Positions 15,501 to 31,787 of a stretch of 64,000 nucleotides of DNA are shown one piece after another. How positions within the stretch are numbered: the first letter of the stretch is position 1; every line of letters begins with the position of its first letter. The notes under the pieces are model-generated. The model was given only the letters and a program-made list of their open reading frames with translations. It did no database searches and was not told the DNA's origin. The DNA comes from the human T2T-CHM13v2.0 reference genome, Homo sapiens, in NCBI RefSeq assembly GCF_009914755.1, contig NC_060942.1, one strand, 5' to 3'. A program made the translations under genes and the position numbers.

Positions 15501-18500
15501 AAGTTTCACTTTCATTGACTTAAAAAGCATCCACAAAGCACATAAAATTATTAATTTACCATATCCATTACTATACATTTTTAAAAAACATATCATTAGC
15601 TTTGATAACAATATTCCTAGGTATATTTACATTCCCATAACCTAATATTTAGTTTTGCCAAAGTCCATAGCAGAAACTGAAGGAAAGGGGAGTCTGCAGA
15701 GATAATCTTCATGGAGTTATCCTGGCCAAAATGACGATCAGTTCATTCCTGTTACTCAGAATCCATGCCCTATAAATTTGCATTTGTTTGGAAGCAATAA
15801 CCCTGCAAAGCAGTATTTTTCACACTATACAATCATTAAATCTGAAAGAAGGTTCATTTTACGCATCTATACACTGTCTTATACACTGGCATTGAAATGC
15901 TTCTAGTTTCTTGGAAGTCAAGAAATTTCCAAAGAAACAGGCATCAGTCAACAGGTAATATTTGTGGTGCTTTTTCTTTTATAATCAAAAGTGGTAATTG
16001 CTATTTATCCCAACTCCCCTATTTCTGCCCAAATGTTATACCAAGGTTATCATCTATCTGAGACAGCATCCACTATTTTCCTGAGCAGGCTTTTTCATTC
16101 CTGCACTACGGTGGCTCATTCTACTGCCTCTTATTATGGGATAAATTAAAGCCTGTGAAACCTGCCTGTTAGTAATTGGCTCTCTTTCATCCCTTTACTT
16201 GTTTCAGTTGGAAAATCTCCTTCAGACTTCTGATCTGGAGCTGCTATTTGATGCTTTTGAAACCTGTGCCAAAAGGAACCTAACAGGAACTGATACCCCT
16301 GCTTGTTTCCTTTAAGTCATGGCCCTTCTCATCCACTTTTTCAATATTCCAAGACTTAAGGCACATTATTTTACATTGCTACTCTTTTTCCTCTACAGTC
16401 CTGAAATGTGCTTCTCATGTTTAATTTCTCTGCCATTTCCTTATTCTTTTCAGGAGGGTTCAGCTGGATTCCCGTGAATACAAACATTTCTAACTGAGTA
16501 ACCTTCCCTCTCTAATACATGCAGATTGTTTAAATTTTAATTGTATATGTTTGTGGGATACAATGTTATTTATTGATACATTGTGGGATAATTTGTTTTT
16601 CCAGAATGGAGACTTTCTTTCCTTTAACCTTTTGTGTGTTTTGTGCCCCATAAGTTTGTTTTCTTAAAATATTCTTTCATATTTTGTCCAGATAGTAAAA
16701 GGGTTCCAGATCTGTCTAATGCTTCTGGGTGGCGAACCTTTGTTCAAACCAATCTTGTTTTCATCATTTCTCTGGGCTATGTAATGCCCTCATGCCATCA
16801 TCTATCCAAGTCGGAACACAATTTGCCATTGCCTGCCTTCTCCCCTTTTCACCTTGTAGGTACTTTAGAGTATTAGTTCCATAAGCATATTAGGCAACTT
16901 GCTGAGGGCAAAACTATATGCCTACCTTCAGTGGCTATACTCTTGAAATTACCTAAGAAGATTTTGACTCTTTTTCACTGATATTTCTGGACTTCTCCCT
17001 CATACCTGCACAGATAATTTTTGGCCATCACTTGGTAAAGCTGTCACAATCTTTGAGGGGCGGTTCCTCATTTGGTTTTCTTATGGAATCCCTGTTGTAA
17101 AGCCCCTTTTCAATGATGTCCTGAATGATTTGGCAAAGAGCCACTCCCACGTGTCTTCTTTGAGGACAAATAAGCCTTAGGTTTATGTGGGTCATAGGTG
17201 AAGTTTTTGTCTTCTAATAAATACAACACATATTTTACTAAATTTCTCTAAAAGAGCAATTGGTTATGGGGGCTTTTCCCCCATATTTATGTCATCTCCT
17301 CTGGCCTTCAATATCACATCAGATTTTTCTCTTCAAATCTGTTGTCTTTATTTTAGGATATCTACCTATTTGCACTGGAATTTCTCTCTCTTAAATATAT
17401 TTTCCATTGTTTCTATTGCTCACATTATGTCCCTCCACTTATTCTGATAGTAAGCATATTTCTCAAACTACTTGTACCCACAATTTGCATAATTTTTGCA
17501 GATTGTTTCTCTAATACCAAAATGAAATATTGCAAGGGCCCTTATTCCTTTCTATTTATGTATTAATAAAATCTATTATCTTTGTATCAGTGATCATAGT
17601 TGAAATCTTGAAAACCTGAGGAATTGGAACTGCTATAATTAACAAATCCCCAGACACTTCACTGTGGTATGTTTGCCTGTGTGTGTCTGTGTTGTGCAGG
17701 GGCGGTTACCACATAAATAAGACTAAGCATAGATCAAAACAGGATGTAATGGGCTCTGCCCTGGGGTCATTGCTTTGCTAATAATATTCTGACATGTGGA
17801 CAATGTTTGCTTGTTGGGTCAGCAGACACCAAGCTTCTCATAGGTACTGACAAGACTGCTGGGAAGCCCAACCCTAGCACCTCTCTGGTGGCCTGTCCCC
17901 TTTAGGCGGACACAGTGTGTTGTCCTGAAAAGGAGGCCACCCCTCACCCCAAGGAAAACAAAACAAAGCAAAACAACATGGTAAACTGCAGTCACAGGTC
18001 CAGGTCAACAAGCAAATGGCTGATTCAAACCATTTCATCTAGGACACAGCAGTTGAAAGACCACTTCTCAATGCCAAATACTCACTTGACCTAATACTCT
18101 ACAGATTATTTGGGTCAAAATACCCTGCCTTACTCTGAAATTCAAGATTGCAACCTCAGAGCTCAACTCCTGGCCATACCCAAAGCCACCCACATGACTA
18201 CCATGGCCCTCTAGATGTTTAGAATTTTTCAATATTCTAGCCAATGTGAGTAATGCTGGGAGTCTCCAAAATGCTCCTCCAAAAGAACACCCTTCTTCTT
18301 TATCACTATCCTGAACAAACTTAAAAATGACATAAATATAAAAGAAAATATCTCATTTTTTTCCTAAAAGACACTAAGTCAAGGAAGGTTGTCTGAGAGT
18401 ACAAATCAGGTTGCATGGCATCTCACTTGCAGGCTTCTCGGGAGCACAGCAAGCAGCTCCTGGTGGAGGAGAAGGAGGCTGCAGCCCAAAATCCGCATTA

Positions 18501-18865
18501 AGTTCTCTCCTCTCTGTTAATGATCAGGTGAGTAAGAGGGCAGAGAGAAGCCCTTTGTGTCTAGGGAGAAGCTCCTGCTCCCGGAAGCCTGCTCTCCGTC
18601 TGACTCCACCTCAGATGTGAGGAGCAAATGGATTAAAAGTTACAGTAGATATATTTAGACAAGTTCCAGACACATAATAAGGACTCTATAAAATCAAACT
18701 GTTTCTTTTGTTTGTTTCTATGTTCTGCAGCATTAGATACAAACTACCGCTTCTTGAAACGATAAAGTCAAGGTTAAAATGCTTTGGTTTGCTGTAGCTT
18801 TCAGGTCTATCTTTGATTACCTTTTAATTCCATTAACAGATCTGGCCTCTTTGAAATTTTGTCTT

Positions 18866-19400
18866 TTTAGCCTTATACAAGAGGGAAATCCTACCATTTG
18901 TGACAATTTGGGTGACCTGGAAGATGCTACACTGAATGAAATAAGTCAGTCACAGAAGAACAAATACTGCATGATTCCACTTATGTGAAGTATCTAAAAT
19001 AGCCACACTCATGGAAGCAGAGAACAGCATCATTGTTGCCAAGGGATGGGGCAAAAGGAAATGGTGAGTTGCTCAGTAGGTATAAAGTTTCAGTTATGCA
19101 AAATGAATGAGTTCGAAAGATCTGCTATAAAACATACGGCATATAGTTAACAATAAGAGATGGTGCACTGAAAATGTTGTTAAGAGGGCAGATCTCACGT
19201 TAAGTGTTCTCACCATACACACAAACACACACACAGAGGGACACAAAGAAACTCTTGGAGGTAACGGATATGTTTATTAAGTAGATTGTGGTTGGATTTT
19301 ATGGGTACATGTGCATGTCCAAACTCATCAAATTATATACATTAAACGTGTGCACTTTTTTTTGGTATGTCAATTATACCTCAGTAATGCTGCTAAGAGA
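18866..19400 (+). mobile_element. L1MA/MB 3' end
   Basis: tgaaataagtcagtcacagaagaacaaatactgcatgattccacttat...tatgtcaattatacctcagtaa. Confidence 0.85.
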
Positions 19401-20920
19401 CAAAATAACAGAAAAAGATTCTGTCTTTTCTTGGAGCAAATTAGTAGTTTCTTAGACAATTATCTACATTCTACTATACTTAGACTTTCAGAGGCTTGAC
19501 ATTTCTTGTGGGGAGGAACTTTACAAGAATTTGCCTTTGGTCTATCAATTTTGTTTTTCTGTTGTTCATTTTACTTTTTAAAAATTGATATCTGTGCTTG
19601 TCTCTATTAATTTCCCCATTTGACTTCTTCAGGTATTTATTTTGTTATTCGATTTCAAACTTATTGAGCTAAATTCTCATTGGTATTTTATTATGTTTTC
19701 TAAAAGTTTGCAATTAATGCAATCTATTTTCCTCTATGTATTGCTTCTATCACATAGCAATTTGTAAAACAATGTACTCTCATTTTATAATTTATATTGA
19801 AAGAGTGAAAACCAGTCCAAAACTAAAAGATTGAAGATTAGCTTGGATTGAAAAAGAAAAATGCAGTCCCATCATTAACTAGCCTTGGAGACAGACACAG
19901 ACAAAGCCAGAGGCAAAGTCCACAGGCAGCTATGTACCTCCCAAATCACTCAGCGGCTATGAAATGGCGTAACAGCCTGGAGTGAATATACTTTTATATC
20001 AATGATGCCCCCAGACACACTTTGCTGTTCCTATTTAGTGGAAGGAAGTCTCAACTGGTTGGAATTCTCTAAAATGTATTATATTTATTATTGCTTTGTT
20101 TTCACTCTATCAATGCAATTGTCTTCCAAGTATTTCCACTTTAAGAAGCGTAAGTCCTAAATCAAAGTATTGAGTGAAAAAAAGCTCATTTCAGAATGGA
20201 AGTTAGTGCTTGCCATAAAAAAATGGGGACAAAAATTATGTTTGGGTTATTTTATTATGTGCCTAGAATTCCTTGTTTAAAACTTACTAGTGAATGCTAT
20301 ATTTTTTATTAAAAAGAAACTTGTGATCCCTCATCTTGAAGTCCTGGAAAACAGCCCTGGACAGATGGCTATTTCTTTACAATTGCATCGAACCCACTTA
20401 TGGAATATAGAGGTAGAACTGTAAGCAGAGGTGAGGATGACGTTTCAAAAGTCTAGAGAGAGTTGAACTTTTCAGCTTAAAAACCAGCTGCAGCCTTAGA
20501 AAATTGCCATAACAAATATTGCCAGAGGCTTCCTGTAGCCTCCACAGCAAGTCGATGGAGAATTCTCTCACAGAAGTCCGTATCTGAGTCACAATTCTGA
20601 TCTGCCTTCCTATATTGAACCCACAAAAAATAAGGCTCTATCACACGCCCCCTCCCCGCCCTTTATTTTTCTTCAGAGTTGCTATGGCAATCTTTCAAAC
20701 TCTAATTTTAATCCTAGTACATAGACTGTCATTATATACATTATCAAATTTGAAGCTGTAAATCCTTCAGTCAGAATCACTAGCTGGATGCCCAAAATGA
20801 AAGTTTGTAACATATATTCAAATTTTTGAAGAAATGAGCAAGTCTACTGGTAACATAGTTAATATCTGGGCTAACTACAGACCTGTACACAATCTACTCC
20901 CATCCACACTTCCTCCAAAC

Positions 20921-21139
20921 CAGGGGTACCCAGTCTTTTGGCTTCCTTGGGCCATATTGGAAGAAGAATTATCTTGGGCCACACATAAAATTCACTACCT
21001 CTAATGATAGCTGATGAACTAAAGAAAAATGGCAAAAAGTCTCATAATGTTTTAAGAAAGTTTATGAATTTGTGTTGAGCTGTACTCAAAACCATCCTGG
21101 GCCGCACGTGGCCCATGGGCCACAAGTTAGCCAAGGTTG
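20921..21139. mobile_element. MER30 hAT-Charlie MITE
   Basis: caggggt...cttttggcttcc.tgggcca.attggaagaagaatt...tctcataatgttttaagaaagttta. 8-bp flanks CTCCAAAC / CTCTGAAC. Confidence 0.9.
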
Positions 21140-22039
21140 CTCTGAACTGTAATCCTGCTTCATTTGGTTATACATGAATTACCACATAAAGAATTGTAAA
21201 CCATACCTTATTTTCTTCTCTTTTTGAGCTTCTTAATAAGCAGTATATTTTAAAACTACTTTGTGCCTCATAAGCATGTCTTTTTTACTCAATGGACATA
21301 GTTTTTCTGACTCAAGTTTTTTCTTATGATTTCTCTCTTCTTTTACCCTTCTTCCTCTCCACGTCTTTTCTTCTTCTTTGCTTCCTTTTCCCTTCTGGTC
21401 TTGGACCTCAGTAGCAGCTAGCATTGCTTTATCCATAACGGATCTAGAGTATGTCCACCGACATTTCAGCAGAGTAGTATGAATACTACTGTCTCAACTT
21501 GCTCAAACTCAGGCTGGCTAGCAGGAAAGCCCATAGGAAATTGGGAGAAAACCACGTTACTAGTTGATGCAGATCAGCTGGAAAGACATTCTCTCATCTC
21601 CAGTGTGACAGTCCCAGGATGCTGCTCAGCATTAGACCTTTGACTGGACAGGTACATTCCCAGATACCTATACAAATGCATTCTGAAATCAATATCCAAT
21701 ATGTTGTAATAGCTGGCAATAATGGTCTTCTTGGAACAATTCTCTACCATCTTCCACAAACTAATGAATATTTTATTGTTTTCAGGATGTCTTCTGTTTT
21801 ATTAATTTATTTTCACTACAACAAAGAACTTTAGCAGTAAACATCTTTGCGCATAGCCTTTATTATCAGTTCTGTTATATCTTCATTTTCATACATAAAA
21901 TAATGGGTCAAAGTGACTGCGTATTTTCAGTTTTGTCACTTGCAGCCAGATTGTTCTCTTCAAGTGTTAGAGTTTATCTCATTTCTTTTGGCAGGGTATC
22001 AGAGGAAGGTGGGGGGAGGGGGTGTTATAATTAGAGGGA

Positions 22040-22265
22040 GATAAACCCAAATCATGTAAGAGACTTTGTAGGCCCACAAGAGGAATTCAGGTGGATTATA
22101 AGTTCAATATAAAAGCATTGAAAGATTTTAAACCGAGGAGTGAGATAATTTTAAAAATATTACAAAAGCACTCTGACGTAAATTGTAGGGGATGGTTTTG
22201 GGAAGGCAAAGGTAGCAGCAGGATAATATAAGTTTTGTCAGTCATCTGGATCATGAAAATATTTT
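22040..22265 (-). mobile_element. L2 fragment
   Basis: gactttgtaggcc...aagcattgaaagattttaa...gagtgagata...cactctg. Confidence 0.6.
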
Positions 22266-23049
22266 GAAACGAGTTCATAATATTACGAGTCCTCTGACAT
22301 TTTTATTTAAAGTAGTTACACCAAAACTGCTGATTTAACCTGCATAATATACCATATGTTTGTTTTTAATAAATGGATTACAAAATAAATATCTATAAAA
22401 CATAAAATGTTAAGTTACACTAAACAAACAAAATGAAATGCATTTACCAGGGCTTTCTTGGAGGAATCTGCTCATGATAACTCAGTCCAAAATAAATCTT
22501 TCTCTGTGTTATGGTCTCATGTCAAGCATCCTGCTTTTATTTTACATCATGGCACTTCTCTGATTTTCCTTTGTCTTTATATTTTCCTCTGTTTTCCTTT
22601 GAGCCATTTCTGGGTCCATCCTCCTGTCAGACCCAACCTCCAAGGCTGTCTGTTCCCAGTGTATACACAGGATAGAGCCCAGTGTGAGTGCAGGATGCAC
22701 AATACACACAGCTAAGCATTTCTTAAATTAATAAATCAATATTGGTATCTAAGAGATTAAACAGAAAATCCTATTTGTTTCATTTCCATAGCTCTTAGAG
22801 AAAGACATTGGTGGACACTTTTCAGATCTAAATGAAAGAAATTACAGAATCCATCGATGTAGAAATATATTTTAGGCAAATGAATGCATCATTCTTCTAT
22901 CTCATAAGCTAATATATCAGCCTTGGAAAATGGCTAATGCAGATCTATTTTAAGCTGGCAACATGTTTATGGTATATAGTCATTCCCTTGTTATTATTTG
23001 AATATAGTTTGTCTATCAAAAAATAATTTATTTTCTAAATGACTTTTGC

Positions 23050-24070
23050 CTCCAGTCAGCATTCTTCTAAACAGCTTGTCCAAATGGTTATAAGAAGATA
23101 GGAAATTATTATTGCCTTTGAGAAGTAAATAGAAATTAAAATATGTTGGACATATATATGATTGAATATGAGGACAACGGAAGAGTTCCAATGAATTTTT
23201 GATATAGTTAAAATTAAAATAGAGAACTGGGGAGTAAATACTTTGCCTAATAAGTCTATTGCTAAAATGTCGGAAAAGTTAGAATATTCATGTCTGTTGG
23301 CTGCTTCCTGATGCTTTTAACGAGACACCATGAGATAAGCTGAGGAGAGACTTGGCCAGTTACCGAGAAAGATGAAAGGAAATACTTTTGCTAAAAAAGG
23401 CTCTCTCTTTTCTAAGGAGCCGTTTAAAGTGACTGAGAAGCCAGTAATTTGCAGCTCACAAAATTGGAAAAACCAACTGTATGTTTAACCCAAGGAACAG
23501 GAGATATGATTCTAAAAGCCATCCCAATTGTACCAATCTAATTAAGAGTGTCTCCTTCTTGCCCTAGCCTCTTATTTCATATGACCTCAAGATGCATACC
23601 ATTAAATCGAGAGGAAGAGGATGGGCAAACACAAAACCCAGTAAATAAGAGACAGGATTCATCAGGTTTAAGAACTACATATATGATTAACTTGATGTAG
23701 AGTTTGCTAAAATAAAATAGATGTTAGCCTGCAAAAACTTAAAATTTTATTGCCACAAAATTACAAATTTTATAAATATTGATTGTTCAATTATTAACAT
23801 TACCCTCTGCCCTATTTCTGTATCAGCACCCATGCAGCATCTCTGTCATGAACTTCAGATTAGAGCACTGAGGATCATGGATAAGGAAGAGGCTCTCAGA
23901 GTCTAAGGAAGACAACAGACAAGTGAGTTATTCATACACAGCAAAAAAAGAGGAAGCTAGGGGAAATCCAAGAAGGAGGCAGTGATCGCTAACTGCCATT
24001 GATTGTGCACTCTTTCTCATTCTTCCTTTTTCTAAAAAGATGTGTGCTTGTTCCTATTCCATCATCATGT
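23050..24070 (+). mobile_element. Probable old MLT-internal (MaLR) remnant
   Basis: ttggctgcttcctgatgcttttaa...tgaggagagacttggccagtt and ttcctattccatcatcatgta resemble MLT1-int. Very diverged. Confidence 0.35.
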
Positions 24071-24089
24071 AACCAAGGCCATGTTCAGT

Positions 24090-27300
<3,211 letters not shown>

Positions 27301-27489
27301 CATCGTTGCATTTTAAATGTTGATTAAAATATTTAAAAGGTTTTTAAAGTTGTCTTATTAGTTGGCAATACATTTGTTTTAAACCTTTCCTTATTTTTTA
27401 GTTGTGATGATAGGATGCATACATATCCACTTTAAATTCCACAGTTTACACTCAAATACCCCAAATGTCTATACACTGATTGTACTAAT

Positions 27490-28900
27490 GGTAGCCCATT
27501 TCCAAGCAGAAAATTATGATGAGTTAGATCAGGGTGTTGTCTATCAAGGAGGTGAGAAAATACCATTTCCTTGATAAAAATTGAGGGTATATATAACAAA
27601 ATAAGATTTTGGCTTACATTTGAATTGCAAGAGATACAGAGGAGGCAGATTCTTTTTGTCTGAACGATGGGAAGAGTGAGTTTGCCATTTAATTTAATTT
27701 TTTTGAGAAACCTGGGAAAAACAGGTATGAGGAGCTCAGTGATCAGCTTTGAGATGATTATTAGACACTTAAGTAAAGTTTAGAAGTATTTCCAGTCTGG
27801 AGTTGTTTGGGAAATACTCAATGTCATAAAATTAGATAACCAGGGAACTGCATTTACATAAACAAGAGTTCCGAAATCCAAGCCCTAGGGTCTCCAACCA
27901 TTGAAAAGTTGGGGAGATAGTAACAACTGCAAACATTTCTAGAAATAACAAACAGTTCCAGTGTTCCTGGTTACACACACACACACCAGTCTTACAATGG
28001 GTATTACTGTCATCCCGATACATTTATATATTGATGAAAAAACTCATGGTACACTATCATCTATGGTAGATAGTACCCTATAATCTCTTTATGGTACCCT
28101 ATCAACTCTTATGATAGCTATGGTACCCTATCATCCCTTTATGAGAAAACGCTGGCCAAGATTTCTAGGAAAGAACCTTCCATGAAGACAGAGAAAAAGC
28201 AAGACAAAGTGGGATCATGGAAGCCACACGCATGTCTGCTGGGGGAAGGAGGGATTGGGTAGGTCAAAAGTTGCTGATCGATCAACCGAGCGATGTTGAG
28301 ACCTGAGCATTAAATTAGCCAAGGGGAGTCGCTAGTGATTTGACACAAGCATTTTCTTAAAATAAATAACGGCGGAGCGGTGATAAGGAATGAGCTTAGA
28401 AGAGATTGTGAAGAAAGATAGTAAAAGCAGAATTTGAAGCTCAGTTTCAAGAGCAGAGAAACAAAATGGCAGCTTGAGGGGGATATGAGTTCAAGAAAAG
28501 GTGTTTGAAAGATGAAGTATATTACTGTCAGTTTTTGTGTTGATCAAAATTATGTAACATAAAGGGATAAAAGTATCAATGCTAGGAGAGAGTTCCATTG
28601 TTAGGAATTACTTTCCTAAGTGAAAGAGAATGAGACCTATTGCCCAAAAGAGTAGTTTGGTCTCAGATGGGAAGAAGGACAGCTCCTTCTCAGTTAAAGG
28701 AAGGAGGGTGGAGCCAATTAGCTGGATTTCAGAAAGGTCAGTGCTGTAAGAGGGAGCTTTTGCCAGTTCTCTTCTGAATGCTTCTCTTTTCACAGTGTTA
28801 TAGAAAATGAGTTTATGGGATGAATATGAAGATGAGAGAGAATCTGTGGAATTTTGAGAAGAGAGAATCCAACAAATTGCCTCTGGTGAGTGTTAAAGTA
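27490..28900 (-). mobile_element. Fragmented L2
   Basis: Purine-rich L2-like segments (ttagatcagggtg...gaggtgagaa; tttgagatg.ttattagaca; tcatggaagcca). Confidence 0.5.
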
Positions 28901-28969
28901 ATTTGAGTAGGATAATACAGTAGGATTCCTGGGACAGCACTTAAAACTCAATTATTAGTTATAAATTTA

Positions 28970-29535
28970 CAGTCAATCCAGATTCCTATTGCTGCCATAA
29001 CAAACTAGCACAATCGTAGTGATTTCATGTAACATAAATTTATTATTTTCCAATTCTGTAAGTCAGAAGACTAAAGTCTGATCAAATTCTAGGTGTCAGC
29101 AGGACTGCGCTTCATTCTATAAGCCCTAGGGGAGTATCTGTTTCCTAATTAGTGAAACTGTTGGCAGAATTCAGTTAGTTGCAGCTGTAGGACTGAGCTC
29201 CTTGTTTTCTTACTGGCTGCAATTTGACAACCATTCCCAGTTTCTACAAGTTGACCATATTTGGCTTGTACCTCTTTCCTCCATCTTCAAAACAAGCAAA
29301 TGGTCAAGTACAATTTACATCATTGCATCTCCCTAACCACGAGTGGGAGGGTTCTCTGCTTTTATACATTCACATGACTAGATTGGGCCCACCCAGATAA
29401 GCCAGAATAATCTCTCCACCTCAAGGTTTCTAACTTTAATTACACCTACAAATTACCTTTGCCATGGCTCACATTCACAGATTCCTACAACTAGGATTGA
29501 ACATCTTTGAGGGCCAATTATTTAGTCTGCCACAT
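28970..29535 (-). mobile_element. MLT1E-like MaLR LTR
   Basis: attgctgccataacaaa...tgttggcagaattcagtt..ttgcagctgtaggactgag...attgggcccacccagataa. Confidence 0.8.
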
Positions 29536-31427
29536 CCAGTCAAGATAACTGTGTGTTTTTGCAAGCTGCATTCATCTGCAGCGGTAGAGCCTGCAAAGGT
29601 AGGATTGTATACAATGATTTACGTTCAGATTACTGCTGGGTAGGTGTGTGGCAAGCAGAGTGAGTCCTGACAGAAAACAGATATGTTCAGCATTTTCTGG
29701 GAAAGCTTTATTATTGAAGGGGCTATTTGAAAATATGTAGGTACAGAGAAAAAAACCTCAAAGTATGCTGTAACTGGTGGCAGTAGAATAATTCTACTTC
29801 TCACCCTGGAAAATGAAGAAGAAAAGATTAGCAGAATCTATGTTCCAGTAGAGTTGGAGCCCTTGAGAGAAACAGGGACCTTTGCCCAAGGGGTATAAAC
29901 AGTTGAGCATGACATCCCGGGAAGTGAACTGGGAGATAAATACCTGACTTCACTCTCCTCTCTTCTTATGTTCTGCTGGGATTACCATTGGCTAAGCCCA
30001 ACCATAAACTAGAGAGTAGTAGAGGTTAACTTCCCTGTAGAGATTGACCTCCGTGGCAAAAGTGGAAGAGGAAAACGTAGCGAATGGGTCAACGTGGACA
30101 GAAGGTGCGTGTCCAAAGGGGAGATGAGAATATGAGTGGGATTAGGAGGGTGGGGTGAGGGACACTGACAGGGCGATAGATATAAAATGTGGGTCCTGGT
30201 AGGGCTAAGAGATTATTGGAATAAATCGGAAAGAAAGGCAGTGGCTGTTAGATAATAGGATGCTTGAAGTGACCCCGTGTTTAACATAATCACATTTGTA
30301 TTACACAATCAGAGTGCCATTCGCCTTTAACAATGGAAAATAATGTTCCATTCAAAATATATTCTGCATGTTTTTACATGCTAATATAATGTTTCAAAAT
30401 TAATTCAGATTTTCTATATATTTATACTCATACAACTACAAGAGATTATTCTTGAATGAACCTTTACATTTTCAAGTATTACATAAAATCTCACCCAAAA
30501 TACTTAAAAGCATTATGATTATAAATTTCCAAACGCAACAAGTGCAGCACTTTCAGACTGTATCTCTTCGGTTGCTCTGTTTCTGTGCTCAGTTCCAATT
30601 CCAAGACTCCTGTATCAGCTCATCTCTCCCTCCAGAATGCCTCAGGTCTTGTCTTCCCTAGATTCCATTTCTTATTTCTAATACTTCGACCTTTCATAGC
30701 TCTACAGGTGTATCTAGTAATGTGGTGCTATAATACCCTTCCCTCTCTTGCCATTAATTATTTTTATAATAAATTTACAATTATGCTTTATTTGCCTGTA
30801 CTTCTCTTTTATAATATTTCCAGATTTTCTTCAGCTTAATTTTCTCCTGTAGTCTTTGAAAGCACTCAAAATAGCTTATTCTAAAAACATAAATTCTTTG
30901 GTTGGTAATATACATCTCAAAGGCTCAAGATGATGGGGAATGCAAAGTTAGTTCAGTTTTCCCCTTGAATCTTGGTCTCAGGACTTTAACACATATGCCC
31001 ACTCTTTGAAAACAAATGTTTTTATATGTGCTTATAGTAAACATAAATGAATACAATTAGGAAATAATGCTTGCCATTCAATATGTCAACCCCATAATTT
31101 AAAGGCTATTTATGAGGAATTTTCTATACCTACATATTTTCCCATGATGAATGCCTTGGCTTTGGTCCACTGCCTCTAGTGAAGAGGTGGGGCATTTTCT
31201 CTGGTGGATTCTTGATGTGAGAAGCTTTAGATAAATTTGGGATGGCTTCAGGGACAATTGGAAATATGATTAGAAAAGGACACATAATTTGAATACTGTT
31301 GCGAGTGTGAACACCTACCTCATCATTTTGCTGAAAGATCTGATCTTTTTTTCATGACCTTTCCTGAATCCTCAGCTCAATAACTGTATCATCCCACCAC
31401 TCCATCCCCTCATACTCATTCCTATAG

Positions 31428-31787
<360 letters not shown>

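Noticed and set aside
15900-17400. Apparently unique stretch considered as a processed pseudogene
   Set aside because: No recognisable peptide, poly-A or TSD. It would need BLASTX/Dfam to classify.
17876-17893. CTCF-like CTCTGGTGGC
   Set aside because: Only half of the motif matches. The GCC/GCG side is mismatched.
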